From assembly GCA_951406725.2 (NCBI GenBank), contig OX597815.1, forward strand, positions 61,814,001 to 61,878,000: a stretch of 64,000 nt of DNA, written 5' to 3'. This document shows, piece after piece, positions 43,780 to 56,919 of this stretch. Position numbers and translations under genes: made by a program. The number at the start of each line of letters is the position of its first letter. Position 1 is the stretch's first letter. Under the pieces are notes generated by a model, which was given only the letters and a program-made list of their open reading frames with translations, was not told the DNA's origin and made no database searches. This DNA comes from Octopus vulgaris (taxonomy: Eukaryota).

Positions 43780-44400
43780 CAAATCATGGTATATCGAATT
43801 TATACCGATGGATAGGCTACAAAGGAAGAGCAGCTAAAGATGAAATCGTCGCTGGAGCGTATTCCACGTGAAGTCATGAATGTCAGATTTTGTTAATCAC
43901 GTGGGTAATAACCTAGCGAAGCGCGACATCGGATGATTGTTGAATATTCCCGTTACACACCGGTGATGAATGTTACAAATACCTTGGAATCGACGAGAGT
44001 ATTGTATTAGTTGAGTAAAGCTGGAATGACAAAAGAATATTTTGACAGACTTCAAAAGATATGGAAGCCAGAGATATTGGCATTCAGATAAACTATATCC
44101 CACAATACTTTTGCAGTGTCAGTGCTAGTACCACCATTTTGAATATGAGTCTAGCCACTTGAAGAAATCTGTGGCTTGGACATCAGGACTACAATGATGC
44201 TAACGATGACTGGTAACTTGACAACAGTGACTCTAACAGGATCAATTTTAAACGGAGGTAGAGGTATAAGATCAGATCAGTCCAGACGGTCTTTGAGTTC
44301 TATATCATACCGCTTAGACAACACCTACTGAGCAGTAAAAATAAGTATAATAGCGAAAGTAAAAAAATCATGAGATGAAGTGAAGAACTCAAAAGTCATT
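43780..44400 (+). mobile_element. Highly degenerate R4/Dong-like RT fragment
   Basis: YKYLGIDE, RLQKIWK, HNTFAVSVL, GGRGI motifs across frames. Confidence 0.55.
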
Positions 44401-44776
44401 CTCAATGTGAATCAAAGATGGCTGGATTGACGAATTAATTCAATTCTAGCCTGGCTGGCTTTAGCACAAATCAGTAAATGTTTAGTTTTGCCGATTTTTA
44501 TATTGGAACAAGTATTTTCAATTAAGATTAGAATATCCACGGCATGAATCACAAGAAGATCAAATCAGGTCCAAACAATATCTCTAGCAATCCATTGACG
44601 TTTTTTTCTGTTTCCAGCGCACAAGATTCATTGAGGAGTTTCTCTGAGACAAAATATTGCAATCAGTATCGTTTTACAGTTTAACACATATATAATAAAT
44701 GTTATGCACAGCTGTGCATACATAAGCACACAAATATAAACACACACGCGCGTGTGGTTGTATATATATATATATA

Positions 44777-44950
44777 TTGGTAAAAATGGTAAGATAACAA
44801 AAGAAAGAAAGAGACCTCAATATTATGTAAATAGAGGAAATTTATCTGTAAAATAATATGTGACAATTATTCGGTAGCCAAGATGAAACTCTGAGTTTCG
44901 GATGCCGAGGTGGAAATCCACAACACCATCTCTTCGGTTATCTGGCCATA
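44777..44950 (-). mobile_element. Short (TA)n-flanked element with a degenerate HHR (solo pLTR fragment?)
   Basis: Minus strand: AGATAA CCGAAGA GATG...CATCC GAAAC TCAGA GTT TCATCT. Confidence 0.5.
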
Positions 44951-44974
44951 TATATATATATATATATATATAAT

Positions 44975-45258
44975 GGCTTCTCCCATCGAAGATGACTTAT
45001 GTGTGTTCAGCTTTTGCCGAACGACGTGCACAAATGATTTATTTATAGTGATTAGCCTATCATTTGTACTGTAAATGAGCCAATCAAATCGACGTTGTCT
45101 GAACAGGTGTACGGTGTACGTACGTCAGATGCCGAAGTGACCGCAGAACAACGTGAGATGAAGTGTTTTGGTCCAGAGCACAACGCAACGCCCTGTCTGG
45201 GAATTGGGACCATGATCTCGCAAAGTGAGTGCAACACTCTAACCACGAGGCCATGCAC
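44975..45258 (-). mobile_element. SINE
   Basis: Reverse complement GGGTGCATGGCCTCGTGGTTAGAGTGTTGCACTCAC tRNA-like head. Confidence 0.7.
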
Positions 45259-45483
45259 CCTATATACATACAGACATACATACATACATACATACATACA
45301 TACATACATACATACACACACACAAACATACACACATGCATACATACATGCATACATACACACATACATACATACATACATACACACATATACATACATA
45401 CATACATACATACATACATACATACATACATACATACATACATACATACATACATACATACACACATATACATACACACACAC

Positions 45484-45542
<59 letters not shown>

Positions 45543-45738
45543 GTATATGTATTTTTCAATGTTTACAAATAACACAGAAAAGATCAATAACTAGTTACCA
45601 GGGTAGCAAAAATTCACATAAGTACCAAGGATGTAACAGCCTACTTATAAGGGTAGAAACTCCAAGTTTAGGTGAAATGTTTTTGATAATATAGATAAAT
45701 AGATGGAGTTAAACGCAGGTGTTATTCAAATCTTTTTA

Positions 45739-45826
45739 CTTCCGACATATGTTTCGAAGAAAACATTGGTATTATTCCAGAAGGAATAAAATGGTGTAAA
45801 ACAATGCAATCTTCTCATCAGGGAAA
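45739..45826 (-). ncRNA. Type I hammerhead ribozyme (PLE pLTR)
   Basis: TTTCC [CTGATGA] GAAGA..CATTG...CAATG..TCTTC [GAAA] C ATAT G TC GGAAG. Canonical core, GUC site, palindromic stem III ACATATGT. Confidence 0.85.
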
Positions 45827-46343
45827 GAAAGTAACCAAACACATCAATAAGACATTTTTACAGAATGTGATGACTGCGTATATGATAAAGGGAACGCTAG
45901 CAAGTTTAAAAAAAATTGTTATTAGATAAAACGTCAAAGGTAGTTTATAGGAAGAGAAAGAGGAGAAAGGAAGAAATTATCAGAAAACTAATAGTGAAGA
46001 TATAGAGAGTGATAGGTGAATAGGAATAATGCTTAAAGGCTTGGAAGTAGATATATTTAGTGGAAGTGAAATGTAAGAAGACAGTAAAAAGTCGAATTTT
46101 ATTGAATGGTAGAAATCACTCATAGGAACCAAAGGTATGTTTCTGCCAATGTTTGCAACTATAAACGCGTTCTATAAACGTGTTTACAAAGGGATTCCCT
46201 GAGAACATGATAAAGTACATTTTACTGTTACAAAGCGAACAAAAAGATTTACCTTCATCATACAGAAAAGATATAGATAAAATATTCCATTCCAAATCAA
46301 ATTGTTTATTATGATCCTTTATATATCAAATTAATTTACCAAT

Positions 46344-47387
46344 TATGGCCCTTTCAGACATGCCCTCAGCCACGCAGAGAGCAACGATCACAGGTAATGC
46401 AGATGATACAAAAGTTTCACAGGCAATACAGAACCCTGAAGACACTATGCACCTGCAATGTGAGCTGGACAAAATATACAAGTGGGCTGAAAAGAATAGC
46501 AAGTTTCAAGCTTTATGCTATCAGCATGCAAAACTAAATGCAATGCCCAATAAATACACTGGACCTGGAGGGATTGCAATCCCAGAGGCACAATCAGTGC
46601 GTGACCTGGGTATTTACATAAGTAATGATGCAACCTTTCATGTGCATGTTGCTAAATTGGCAATGAAATGTAGGCGGCTGACCGGATGGATTCTTAGAAC
46701 CTTTAGAACAAGAGACCAGGAAACCATGATGGTCCTCTGGAGGACACTTGTCCTAAGCCACTTTGACTATTGCTCTCAGCTATGGTCACCATCCAGTGTC
46801 AAGTTAATCACAGAACTTGAGGCGATCCAACGAAGCTACACGAAGATAGCCTCTGTGCAGCATATATGCTATTGGGAAAGACTCAAGAGATTAAGACTCT
46901 ATTCCTTGGAGCATAGGCGAGAGAGATATGCCATAATATATATCTGGAAGATCCTGGAAGGACTTGTCCCAAACTTTGGCATCGAGAGTTACACAAATAC
47001 TTAGAACTGGGTGCCACTGCATAGTGCCAAGGACTCCAAATTTGCCATCAAGATGTAGGACAAGATACTGTGATAGCCTGGGCTTCAGAGGTTCACAGCT
47101 CTTCAATATCCTCCCGAAGGACCTGAGAGACCTGCATGGGGTGGATGCAGATGTCTTTAAAATAAAACTGGATCTCTTCCTGTCAGGTGTCCCAGATGCA
47201 CCAACTTCACGGCAGGAGGTGCAGATGAGGGCAGCTGCATCGAACTCTCTCATGCACCAAATGGCAATTGCTAAAAAGCATTCGTGAAGTAAAATCATGT
47301 AGCAACACCGAATGGCGGTGCCCCAGCATGGCCACAGCTCGTGAGCTGAAACTAGATAAAATAAAATAAATAAAATAAAATTTAAAA
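46344..47387 (+). mobile_element. CR1-group LINE, 5'-truncated, young
   Basis: ORF 46345-47004 (ADDTK, VRDLG, HFDYCSQLWSP, LYSLEHRRERY) continues in 46964-47287. 3' tail GGCGGTGCCCCAGCATGGCCACAG followed by (TAAAA)n. Confidence 0.92.
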
Positions 47388-48453
47388 AATCCCAGTATTG
47401 TTACGTTTATTGATATGTCTAAATGTAGAGTAAAGATTAGATATTCTTTTGGACAACTGAGATGAAGTACTAGAAGTAATTTTACATTGATAAATAGAGT
47501 TTCTATCTTAGAATTACTGCTAAAGAAACGAATGTGATTGGAATCAACATCATAAACACTAAGACGACTACTATTCTTATTTAAATAATAGTTAGTGTTA
47601 ACAATATCAATGTTACTATTTTCATTGAGTGGATTTCTATTTAACAACTTATTATGCGAAGAGATGATTTGTGAAAGATTCTTTTTGTTAGAAAAACCTA
47701 TCCTAATTCGGTGTGAATTAATAACCGAATAGTATCTTGAATTTCTTGGGAAATTCTTTTCTATAGCTTCACGAAACTGGCAAGGGAGGTTGGATTTGAT
47801 CTGCTTACCATATTGAATTATTAACCAAACAGTTTTGCTAGGACATACCTTGTTATTAGAGTACTTATCCTTAAAAGTCCTCGATGTACCTTTATAATTA
47901 AAAAAAAAAGGGGTCTTAAATAATTACGCTGCAGAATTACATTACTCGATTTGGTGTTGTTATTCGAAATAAAATTGAAATTGTTAATATCGTTATAACT
48001 TAATTTCATGTCCTGATTAATAAGAGGTAGAATTAATGTCAATAGAGTTAATATAGGTAATTTTTTCTTTATAGCCTGCTTTAAAAAAGGCAGAGTTATA
48101 ACATTCAGCTTTATCGTTGATTAGCAGATAATCAAGAAAGTCTAAGTGAAATATTCCTAACTAAATTCTTTGAGTGATTACTGAAAGATTGCATTGTTTT
48201 ACACAATTATATTTCTTCTGGAATAATACCAATGTTTTCTTTGAACCATATTTCGGAAGTTAAAAGATTTGAATATCACCTGTGTTTAACTCCATATATA
48301 TATATATATATATATAAATACACACACACGCACGCACACACACACACATACACACATACACACACACACACACAAAAAACATATATGCATGTATATAAAT
48401 ATGTGCGTGTGTACACATGCATGCATACATACGTACATTGATGCATACACGCA

Positions 48454-48509
<56 letters not shown>

Positions 48510-49065
48510 GTATGTATATTAGTTTTCCTGCATCAGCAGTTACCTCTACTCACTAGAGCTTTCAGGAGCATTGACACTCAACACGCAAATATACACACAC
48601 GCACACGCACGCACGCACACACACACACACACACGCACACGCACACACACACACACGCGCACGCACGCACACACACACACACATACACACACACACACAC
48701 ATACACAAAGTCGACTGATCACGTTTATTTGTTTGTTTCGTTGTTTGTCAGAGTCGGTAATTAGCGTCATGACAAGAGTACCAGATCACGTGATTTGAGT
48801 GGTGCTTTTCTGGCTGTCTGTTTGCACGTCCGTTTACGTGACACATCGGCCGGACTCGGATCCATTCCCTCCTTACCGACATTCCTACAACTCACTTTCT
48901 ACACCTTTATTTCATTTTCTTTCCACCACACACGCGCCCGCGCACACACACATACTCTTTCCCCTCTAGATATTAGTTCCATCACACAATCAAGTTTGCT
49001 TTACAATATCCGTGGTATGAATACGTTTACAATTTCTACTGTATGTATGTATGTGTGTATGTATG

Positions 49066-49099
<34 letters not shown>

Positions 49100-49159
49100 T
49101 GCTAATGTATTTATGTGTACGTATGTATCTTATGTATTAGTGTGTATGCATATATTCTC

Positions 49160-49394
49160 TACTTTTTACCGTTTACTTGTTTCAATCATTAGACTGTGGC
49201 CCTGCTGGGGCACTGCCTTGAAGGGTTTTAGTCGAATGAATCGACCTTAGTCCTTTTTTTTTTCTTTTAAAGTTTGGTACATATTCTATCGAGTTTTTGC
49301 CGAATCGCTAGGTTACAAGTGATGAAAACACACCAGCATCAGTTGCCAAGCGGTGGTGGGGACAAAGACACACACACACACTCACACAAACACG

Positions 49395-49448
<54 letters not shown>

Positions 49449-49615
49449 TATGTGACTGGCTTCTTTTAGGCCCTGTATACTAAATCTTCTCACAAGGCCT
49501 TAAACACCTGGCTCCGGGTTCAGTCTCACTGCGTGGCACATAGGGCTCATCAGGAGGGGTAAACCCTGACAATTTGGCTGGACAGTAAGCTTCTGCCATA
49601 CACCTACGCCTGCAC
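49160..49615 (-). mobile_element. SINE family B
   Basis: Matches the family in reverse. Confidence 0.75.
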
Positions 49616-50763
49616 TCCATCCACACAAACATATATATCCGAAGCCTCTCTATGTCTCATGAAAGTTCCACTTCAAGGTGCCACTCTGGCCAATTATTTC
49701 TCATTGGAGACCAGCAAATGTCCATGGTCCCACCCTTGATGTTGTCCAAGAAGGCAGGGACCAAAACAGTTCAACGTCAATGTCGTTACAATCATTTCCC
49801 TCAGAAAGTAAAAATTCGGTCCAAATCGCATTTGGCCCCTCGTCTCAGCCATCAAATGGTATTTTATTTCTCAACCTGAATGCACATATTACACAGGGTG
49901 TGACAAAAAGAAACAAACCCTCGGCTTTAACATTCTTGATAAACGTAGTAATAGCGAGCGCGCCGTATGATCCAGTTCAAACCAAGATGGGGATTGTAAA
50001 AAAAAAAGCGATCAGACATTAGCTACATGAATATACCACTAATACTTGCCTAACTTTACGAGCACTACATTACTGGTCGTGTAAACTACGGGATATTTTT
50101 CTTCCGTGTCCTGTAATACATTAGTTTTGGAGAGGTAATGAACCATGTACTGATATCAGATTTCTGTTTCAATTTGAGGTAGGCTTACCCTCAAAATACT
50201 AAATTTTTATTAATGATATTCGACAGCCAACAGGTACAAAAGTTGTGACAATTTACATCTTTACCGAGCAAAGCCACAATGTTAAACGGCTCCGATAAAT
50301 ATTTATTTCGTTAGACCCCCTTGAACATGTGTCTTTGTAAAAAGTATCCATTCAGCACCTGAAGACGGTCCTGCAGAACAGCTACCATACACCAATGGCC
50401 TACCCCTATTAACTCTTTTAAGTGAAGGTTTTCGTGGAGACCTTGTTCGAAATTTGCACAGGTTTGTACAAGCTGGATTATTTCAATGCTGGTAGATATA
50501 AATCGCTTTGCAAGGCAGTTCACCTAATTCTTCATCGGGTTGATCGACATTTTAAAACTGAATTTATCTCACGCCAAAATTTTTATAAAGTAGGCGTAGG
50601 AGTGGCTGTGTGGCAAGTAACTTGTTTACGAACTACATGGTTCCCGAGTTCAGTCCCACTGCGTAGCACCCTGGACATGTGAGTTCTACTATAGCCTCGG
50701 ACCAGCCAAAGCCTTGCGAGTAGATTTGGTAGACGGAAACTGAAAGAAACCCGTCGTATATAC

Positions 50764-50843
<80 letters not shown>

Positions 50844-50854
50844 GTGTGTATATA

Positions 50855-50932
<78 letters not shown>

Positions 50933-50975
50933 ATAAATCTCTGGGCGAGGAAGTCCCTCAACGAAGAGCGGTGCT

Positions 50976-51023
50976 TACCATACGTTGACAAGATGCAATA
51001 ACCTCGAAACCGGTCCGTGTGTA
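50976..51023 (+). ncRNA. Type I hammerhead ribozyme, U3-A8 core variant (copy 1)
   Basis: CATACG [TTGACAA] GATG-CAATAA-CCTC [GAAA] C CG G TC CGTGTG. Predicted cleavage after 51015. Confidence 0.75.
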
Positions 51024-51333
51024 GTATCCGTATCTTCGGGGAGGCTGATCTCCCTTTGCTGGCTGGCAAGGACACCGAGATGGTGTCAGCTCTTCTGGTG
51101 ACGTCGATGTTCGCCTGGGGCTAAATGCATCAGTAACACCCCCACCACCCCGCCTGACCCTAGCCCATTCAGATGGCTGATCCCTCTTATGTTATACAGC
51201 AGTTACTGTTTATATCTCGCCCAGAGATTTATTATTGTTTTCGAACAGATTTTCTACGCCAGTGACTGTGGTTACTGTGAAAATCTATATATATCCAGCC
51301 GGTAGAGGAAGTCCCTCAACGAAGAGCGGTGCT

Positions 51334-51380
51334 TACCATACGTTGACAAGAGGCAATAACCTCGAAACCGGTCCGTGGTA
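51334..51380 (+). ncRNA. Type I hammerhead ribozyme, U3-A8 core variant (copy 2)
   Basis: TACCatACG [TTGACAA] GAGG-CAATAA-CCTC [GAAA] C CG G TC CGTGGTA. Predicted cleavage after 51373. Confidence 0.8.
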
Positions 51381-51550
51381 GTATCCGTATCTTCGGGGAG
51401 GCTGATCTCCCTTGCTGGCTGGCAAGGACACCGAGATGGTGTCAGCTCTTCTGATGACGTCGATGTTCGCCTGGGGCTAAATGCATCAGTAACACCCCCA
51501 CCACCCCGCCCTGACCCTAGCCACATTCAGATGGCTGATCCCTCTTATGT

Positions 51551-51619
<69 letters not shown>

Positions 51620-52689
51620 GTTTGTGTGTCTGTTTGTACCCCCAACATCGCTTGACAACCGATGCTGGTGTGTTTACGTCACCATAACTTAGCGGTTCGG
51701 CAAAAGAGACCGATAGAATAAGTTCTAGGCTGACAAAGAATAAGTCCTGGGGTAGATTTTTCTGACTAAAGGCGGTGCTCCATCATGGCTACAGTCAAAT
51801 GACTGAAACAAGTACAAGTAAAAGTAGGTGTGTGTGTATGTGTGGAGGCTTATGAAACGAGGAACTGATATGAAACTGAAAAGGGGACGGGAAAATTGCT
51901 AAGTTTAATTAAACTAAAATGGTTTCTGAATATTTTAAAACTTACCCAGCATCATGGTGAAGAAAGAATTTGCATATTAGACGCAGATTCATTGATAAAG
52001 AGTGGGAAGGAGAGAGCAAAAATTCTCGTCAATATTTGAGTGGTGGTGTGCCTGGTATTTGTTATTTTAAGAAACACTGGCGTTTCTTCAAATGACATAT
52101 ACCGGGCCCACTCCTCCTTGTTCCTACCCAGCCCCACTTCATGTCCCTCTTTCAGCGATGTCGCTTCACATTTTTGCTCACATATCTGACAGGGCTTCCA
52201 GTCACCTACTTGTTGCCTTAGGCATCACCTGGAACGATTGCTGACAAGACTAGTATTCAGGCAAAGAATTCATTCTGTCTATCGTATTGTGGTCACTTAC
52301 TGTATGCCCGCCACCATACTGTAGGCAGAATCTAGCAGCGGCACTTTTGGTGTGAAATGCTGGAGCACATTGCCGAGATAGACTGTGAAGACTACCGATA
52401 CTAACTAACGAGACAATGAGAGAGAGAGAGAAAGAGAGACAGAGAAACAGGCTGAGTCAGGGACAGACAGAGAGAAAGAAAGCGAGAGAAAAAGGGGGAA
52501 AGAGGATGAGAATGATATATATGTGTGTGCATATATACATACACACTCACACACATACACATATACATACATACACACACATACATATATATGTATATAT
52601 ATATACATATACATACATACTTACATACATACATGCATACATACATACATACATACATGCATACATACATACATACATACATACATACA

Positions 52690-52776
<87 letters not shown>

Positions 52777-53164
52777 AAGGTGACCCGCTCTACGCGCGGG
52801 TAAGAGTGTGGTTGTTACTTTCTGTTTTTTATCACCACATTCTCCCTCTTTGTTTCTCTCTCCTTTCTCTCTCACATTCCCACTCTCTTACTCTTCCTTT
52901 CTCTCGGACTATCCTTCGTTTTCTCTTACTCTCTATCTTTCTCTATCTATCTCTCTCCCATTTATAAACAACAAAAGATCTTGAGTAAGTTGAGAAAGGA
53001 AATATTTTGAAAGATCAATCATAAATATCAGGTAGTGACAATGGAAAGGTCTGCTTCAAGGCAGACAGCAAAACACTAACATTTAAAAGGGACAGACGAA
53101 CTTGCGAGCTGAATAAAAATAAAAAAATATTGGAAACCAAAGTTTGAAGGGATAGAATCTGAGG

Positions 53165-53415
53165 ATAGTAGAGTCACCATGGCTGGCATTTCTTAACGAC
53201 GTACGTAGTGGCAGTTTAACGGCTGGTGCAAAATTTTGAACTTGATGTAAAAGACAATTCCTAAACACCAAGTTTTGAGGTGATTCTTTCTCACGACAGT
53301 AGACTCACCATGGCAAGCATTCAAAACTTCTTCATGATGGACAGCAACACATTGAAGATTTAAAGGCTGGCGCAAATTTTTTAGCTTGATGTAACAGAGA
53401 ATTCCTAAACACCCG
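53165..53415. repeat. Diverged tandem duplication, about 133 bp x2
   Basis: AGTAGA.TCACCATGGC...GGCTGG.GCAAA...CTTGATGTAA.AGA.AATTCCTAAACACC occurs twice. Confidence 0.7.
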
Positions 53416-53735
53416 CTCCTGTAAATTTTAATCCCCTTCCAGCCCCATTGAGACCCCTCTTCACATTTTGGTTAATATAACCCGATTTCATTCGGGTCTA
53501 CTCGGGTCACATTTTATAAGATGAGGAATTTTGTCCTAGAGGTCACACCTTTCATTTGAGGAAAAAAATAGTTGCCATACAAACTCGCCAGCACTTTTAA
53601 CATAGGTGTGCATCTTTTCAGCTCAACCGACTACATATATATACGTATTATACGCATTATATATGTGTGTGTGTGTGTGTACGCATTATATATAAAATGT
53701 ATACAAATTATATATATATATATATATCTGTATTT

Positions 53736-53788
<53 letters not shown>

Positions 53789-53963
53789 CAGATATATACA
53801 CTTTGTATATATACATTATATATACATATTTATATATAGAACACACACATACACACACATATCAATTAACCCAATAAATATCTGATTCATAATATTTGTT
53901 CTCATGATTGTGTGGTGGTGGTGGTGGTGGCGATAATAATTCTCTCTATGAATGTAGACAGAC

Positions 53964-54005
<42 letters not shown>

Positions 54006-54189
54006 TGACAGAAAGAGTGACAGCGCTGGCGAAGGCGGCGGGGGAAAGATAGTAGACGCTGTCAAACGACGTTATAGAGAGAAAGTGAAAGGAAGAGAGG
54101 AAAAAGAGAGAGGGAGGAAGACAGGCAAATAAGGGAATGAGAGAAGACTTGTCAAAGTGTGCGTTTTTTGCCCTAGTAACCACACCTTT

Positions 54190-55285
<1,096 letters not shown>

Positions 55286-55307
55286 GATGATGGTGATGAT
55301 GATGATG

Positions 55308-55360
<53 letters not shown>

Positions 55361-55706
55361 TAAAGAAGGTAGCGATTTAGCAATGTGTTACCAAAAAGGA
55401 AAACTATAATTGTCATTAAAGATGACTGGGGTTATCGGAACTCCTACAATGCTAGAAATAGGAGCTAAAGTGCTCCAATGCTGCAGTCAACGCACGTAAT
55501 TGTATACATACATTCTGGCAGCGACCGTAAACGGCCGAAAGCGGCAGTCGAGAAAGAAAGAGAGAGACCGACAGACAGATACAGAGAGAGACAGAGGAAG
55601 ACAGAGAGAGAGAAAGAGGGGGAAAGAGAGATAGATAGAGAGAGAGGGGGAGAGAGAGACAGAGGGAGAGAGAGAGACAGAGGGAGACACAGAGAGAGGG
55701 AAAGAG

Positions 55707-55777
<71 letters not shown>

Positions 55778-56259
55778 GAGAGAAGGCAATATTTTCAAAG
55801 GACATTTGTTCTGCCTTTAATCAATTTGAAATTAATGTCCTTGTTCATTTCTTTCTCTTTTTTGTTTTTCTCTCCCACAGGATATATTGCGCGAAATGAG
55901 GAAAATAATACTCAACAATCGCAGAAATCTAAGTTTTTAGATTATTCGGGCTCTAGAGAAGACTTTACCGGAGAAATTTACTATAGAAAAATAAATAAAT
56001 AAAAATACAAAATATGCTCAAAAAGAGGATGATAAGAAAATTTCATTCCAAAGAACGGAGGAAGTCATCTTTCTTAATTCTTCATTTTGTGAGATAAATC
56101 ATAGAATTTTGTATGGAATTTTGGAAAAAGTTTCTGTAAAAATGGTAAGAATGTGACGAATTTGGCTGCAGATAAATTTCTGACTCCTTAGCACTGGTTT
56201 CTGCCTTCAGACGGCAAGATGTGTTGGTAAGATATGACAAAAACAACATCCAAGTGAAA

Positions 56260-56312
56260 TTCAAGATGGCGTCAGAATATGTCTGTCTCATTGGCTGATT
56301 CAAGTCACATGT
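56260..56312. promoter_or_regulatory. Candidate promoter motifs (YY1, CCAAT, E-box)
   Basis: CAAGATGGCG, CTCATTGGCTG and GTCACATG within about 50 bp of non-repetitive sequence. Confidence 0.3.
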
Positions 56313-56391
56313 GTTTATGTAAATTACGATGTGTCAATCCAAAATTTTACAGAATATGAGTGTATGTGTATATGTGTATATACATGTAAAC

Positions 56392-56423
<32 letters not shown>

Positions 56424-56464
56424 GGGTATATGTGTGTGAGTATATATATATATATATATACATA

Positions 56465-56505
<41 letters not shown>

Positions 56506-56919
56506 GTATATATATGTATGTGTGTATGTATGTATGTATGTATATATATATATATATATATAAGTATATAAATATGTATATGTGTGTATGTGTGTGCACG
56601 TGTATGTGTGTGCACGTGTATGTATGTGTGTGGGAATGGATGAGTATATGAATTACTACATACAAAAGTGTAGATGATAAACGTATAACTACGGAATTAT
56701 AGTAAGGGTTTCTATTTACAATGAAGCGATTCCACATGAGCTTGAGAAAACGAAAAAGAACTCCATTATAACTCTAAAGGAAGTCGGTGCTGTTTTTGTG
56801 CTACTGTTCTTACTATATTTTTCTTGTGGCTGTTGATATTTTACGCGCACACACACGTAAATATATATACACACGTATGTAGTTAGATTTTGATATTGAA
56901 TATAGATATGTACATGTAC

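Larger units (their letters stand above)
45540..48295 (-). mobile_element. Penelope-like element (Naiad-like), 3' part with pLTR, interrupted by a LINE
   Basis: Minus-strand homology to 60487-61173 (STFRHINKRNNTG|IGKLI*YIKDHNKQFDLEWNIL). HHR in the terminal region. 48185-48295 is an inverted partial copy of about 45702-45813. Confidence 0.8.
50929..51554 (+). mobile_element. Retrozyme-like partial tandem element (358-nt unit) with two HHRs
   Basis: Near-identical direct repeats 50947-51196 and 51305-51554. 21-bp inverted copy 50929-50949 of 51216-51236. No coding capacity. Confidence 0.8.
50592..51826 (+). mobile_element. SINE family B interrupted at its internal (TA)n by a retrozyme-like element
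   Basis: Head at 50592-50760, 3' half at 51615-51826. Confidence 0.88.

Noticed and set aside
46310-46340. In-frame TGA in the Naiad-like PLE as possible selenocysteine
   Set aside because: It aligns to Trp (LIW) in the other copy, so it is an ordinary TGG>TGA decay mutation.
49620-50585. Non-repetitive stretch with short ORFs
   Set aside because: No recognisable protein family or splice pattern; probably an old TE.
55512-55552. GACCG-TAAA-CGGCC GAAAG hairpin as a possible HHR
   Set aside because: Lacks the CUGAnGA box and stem III.
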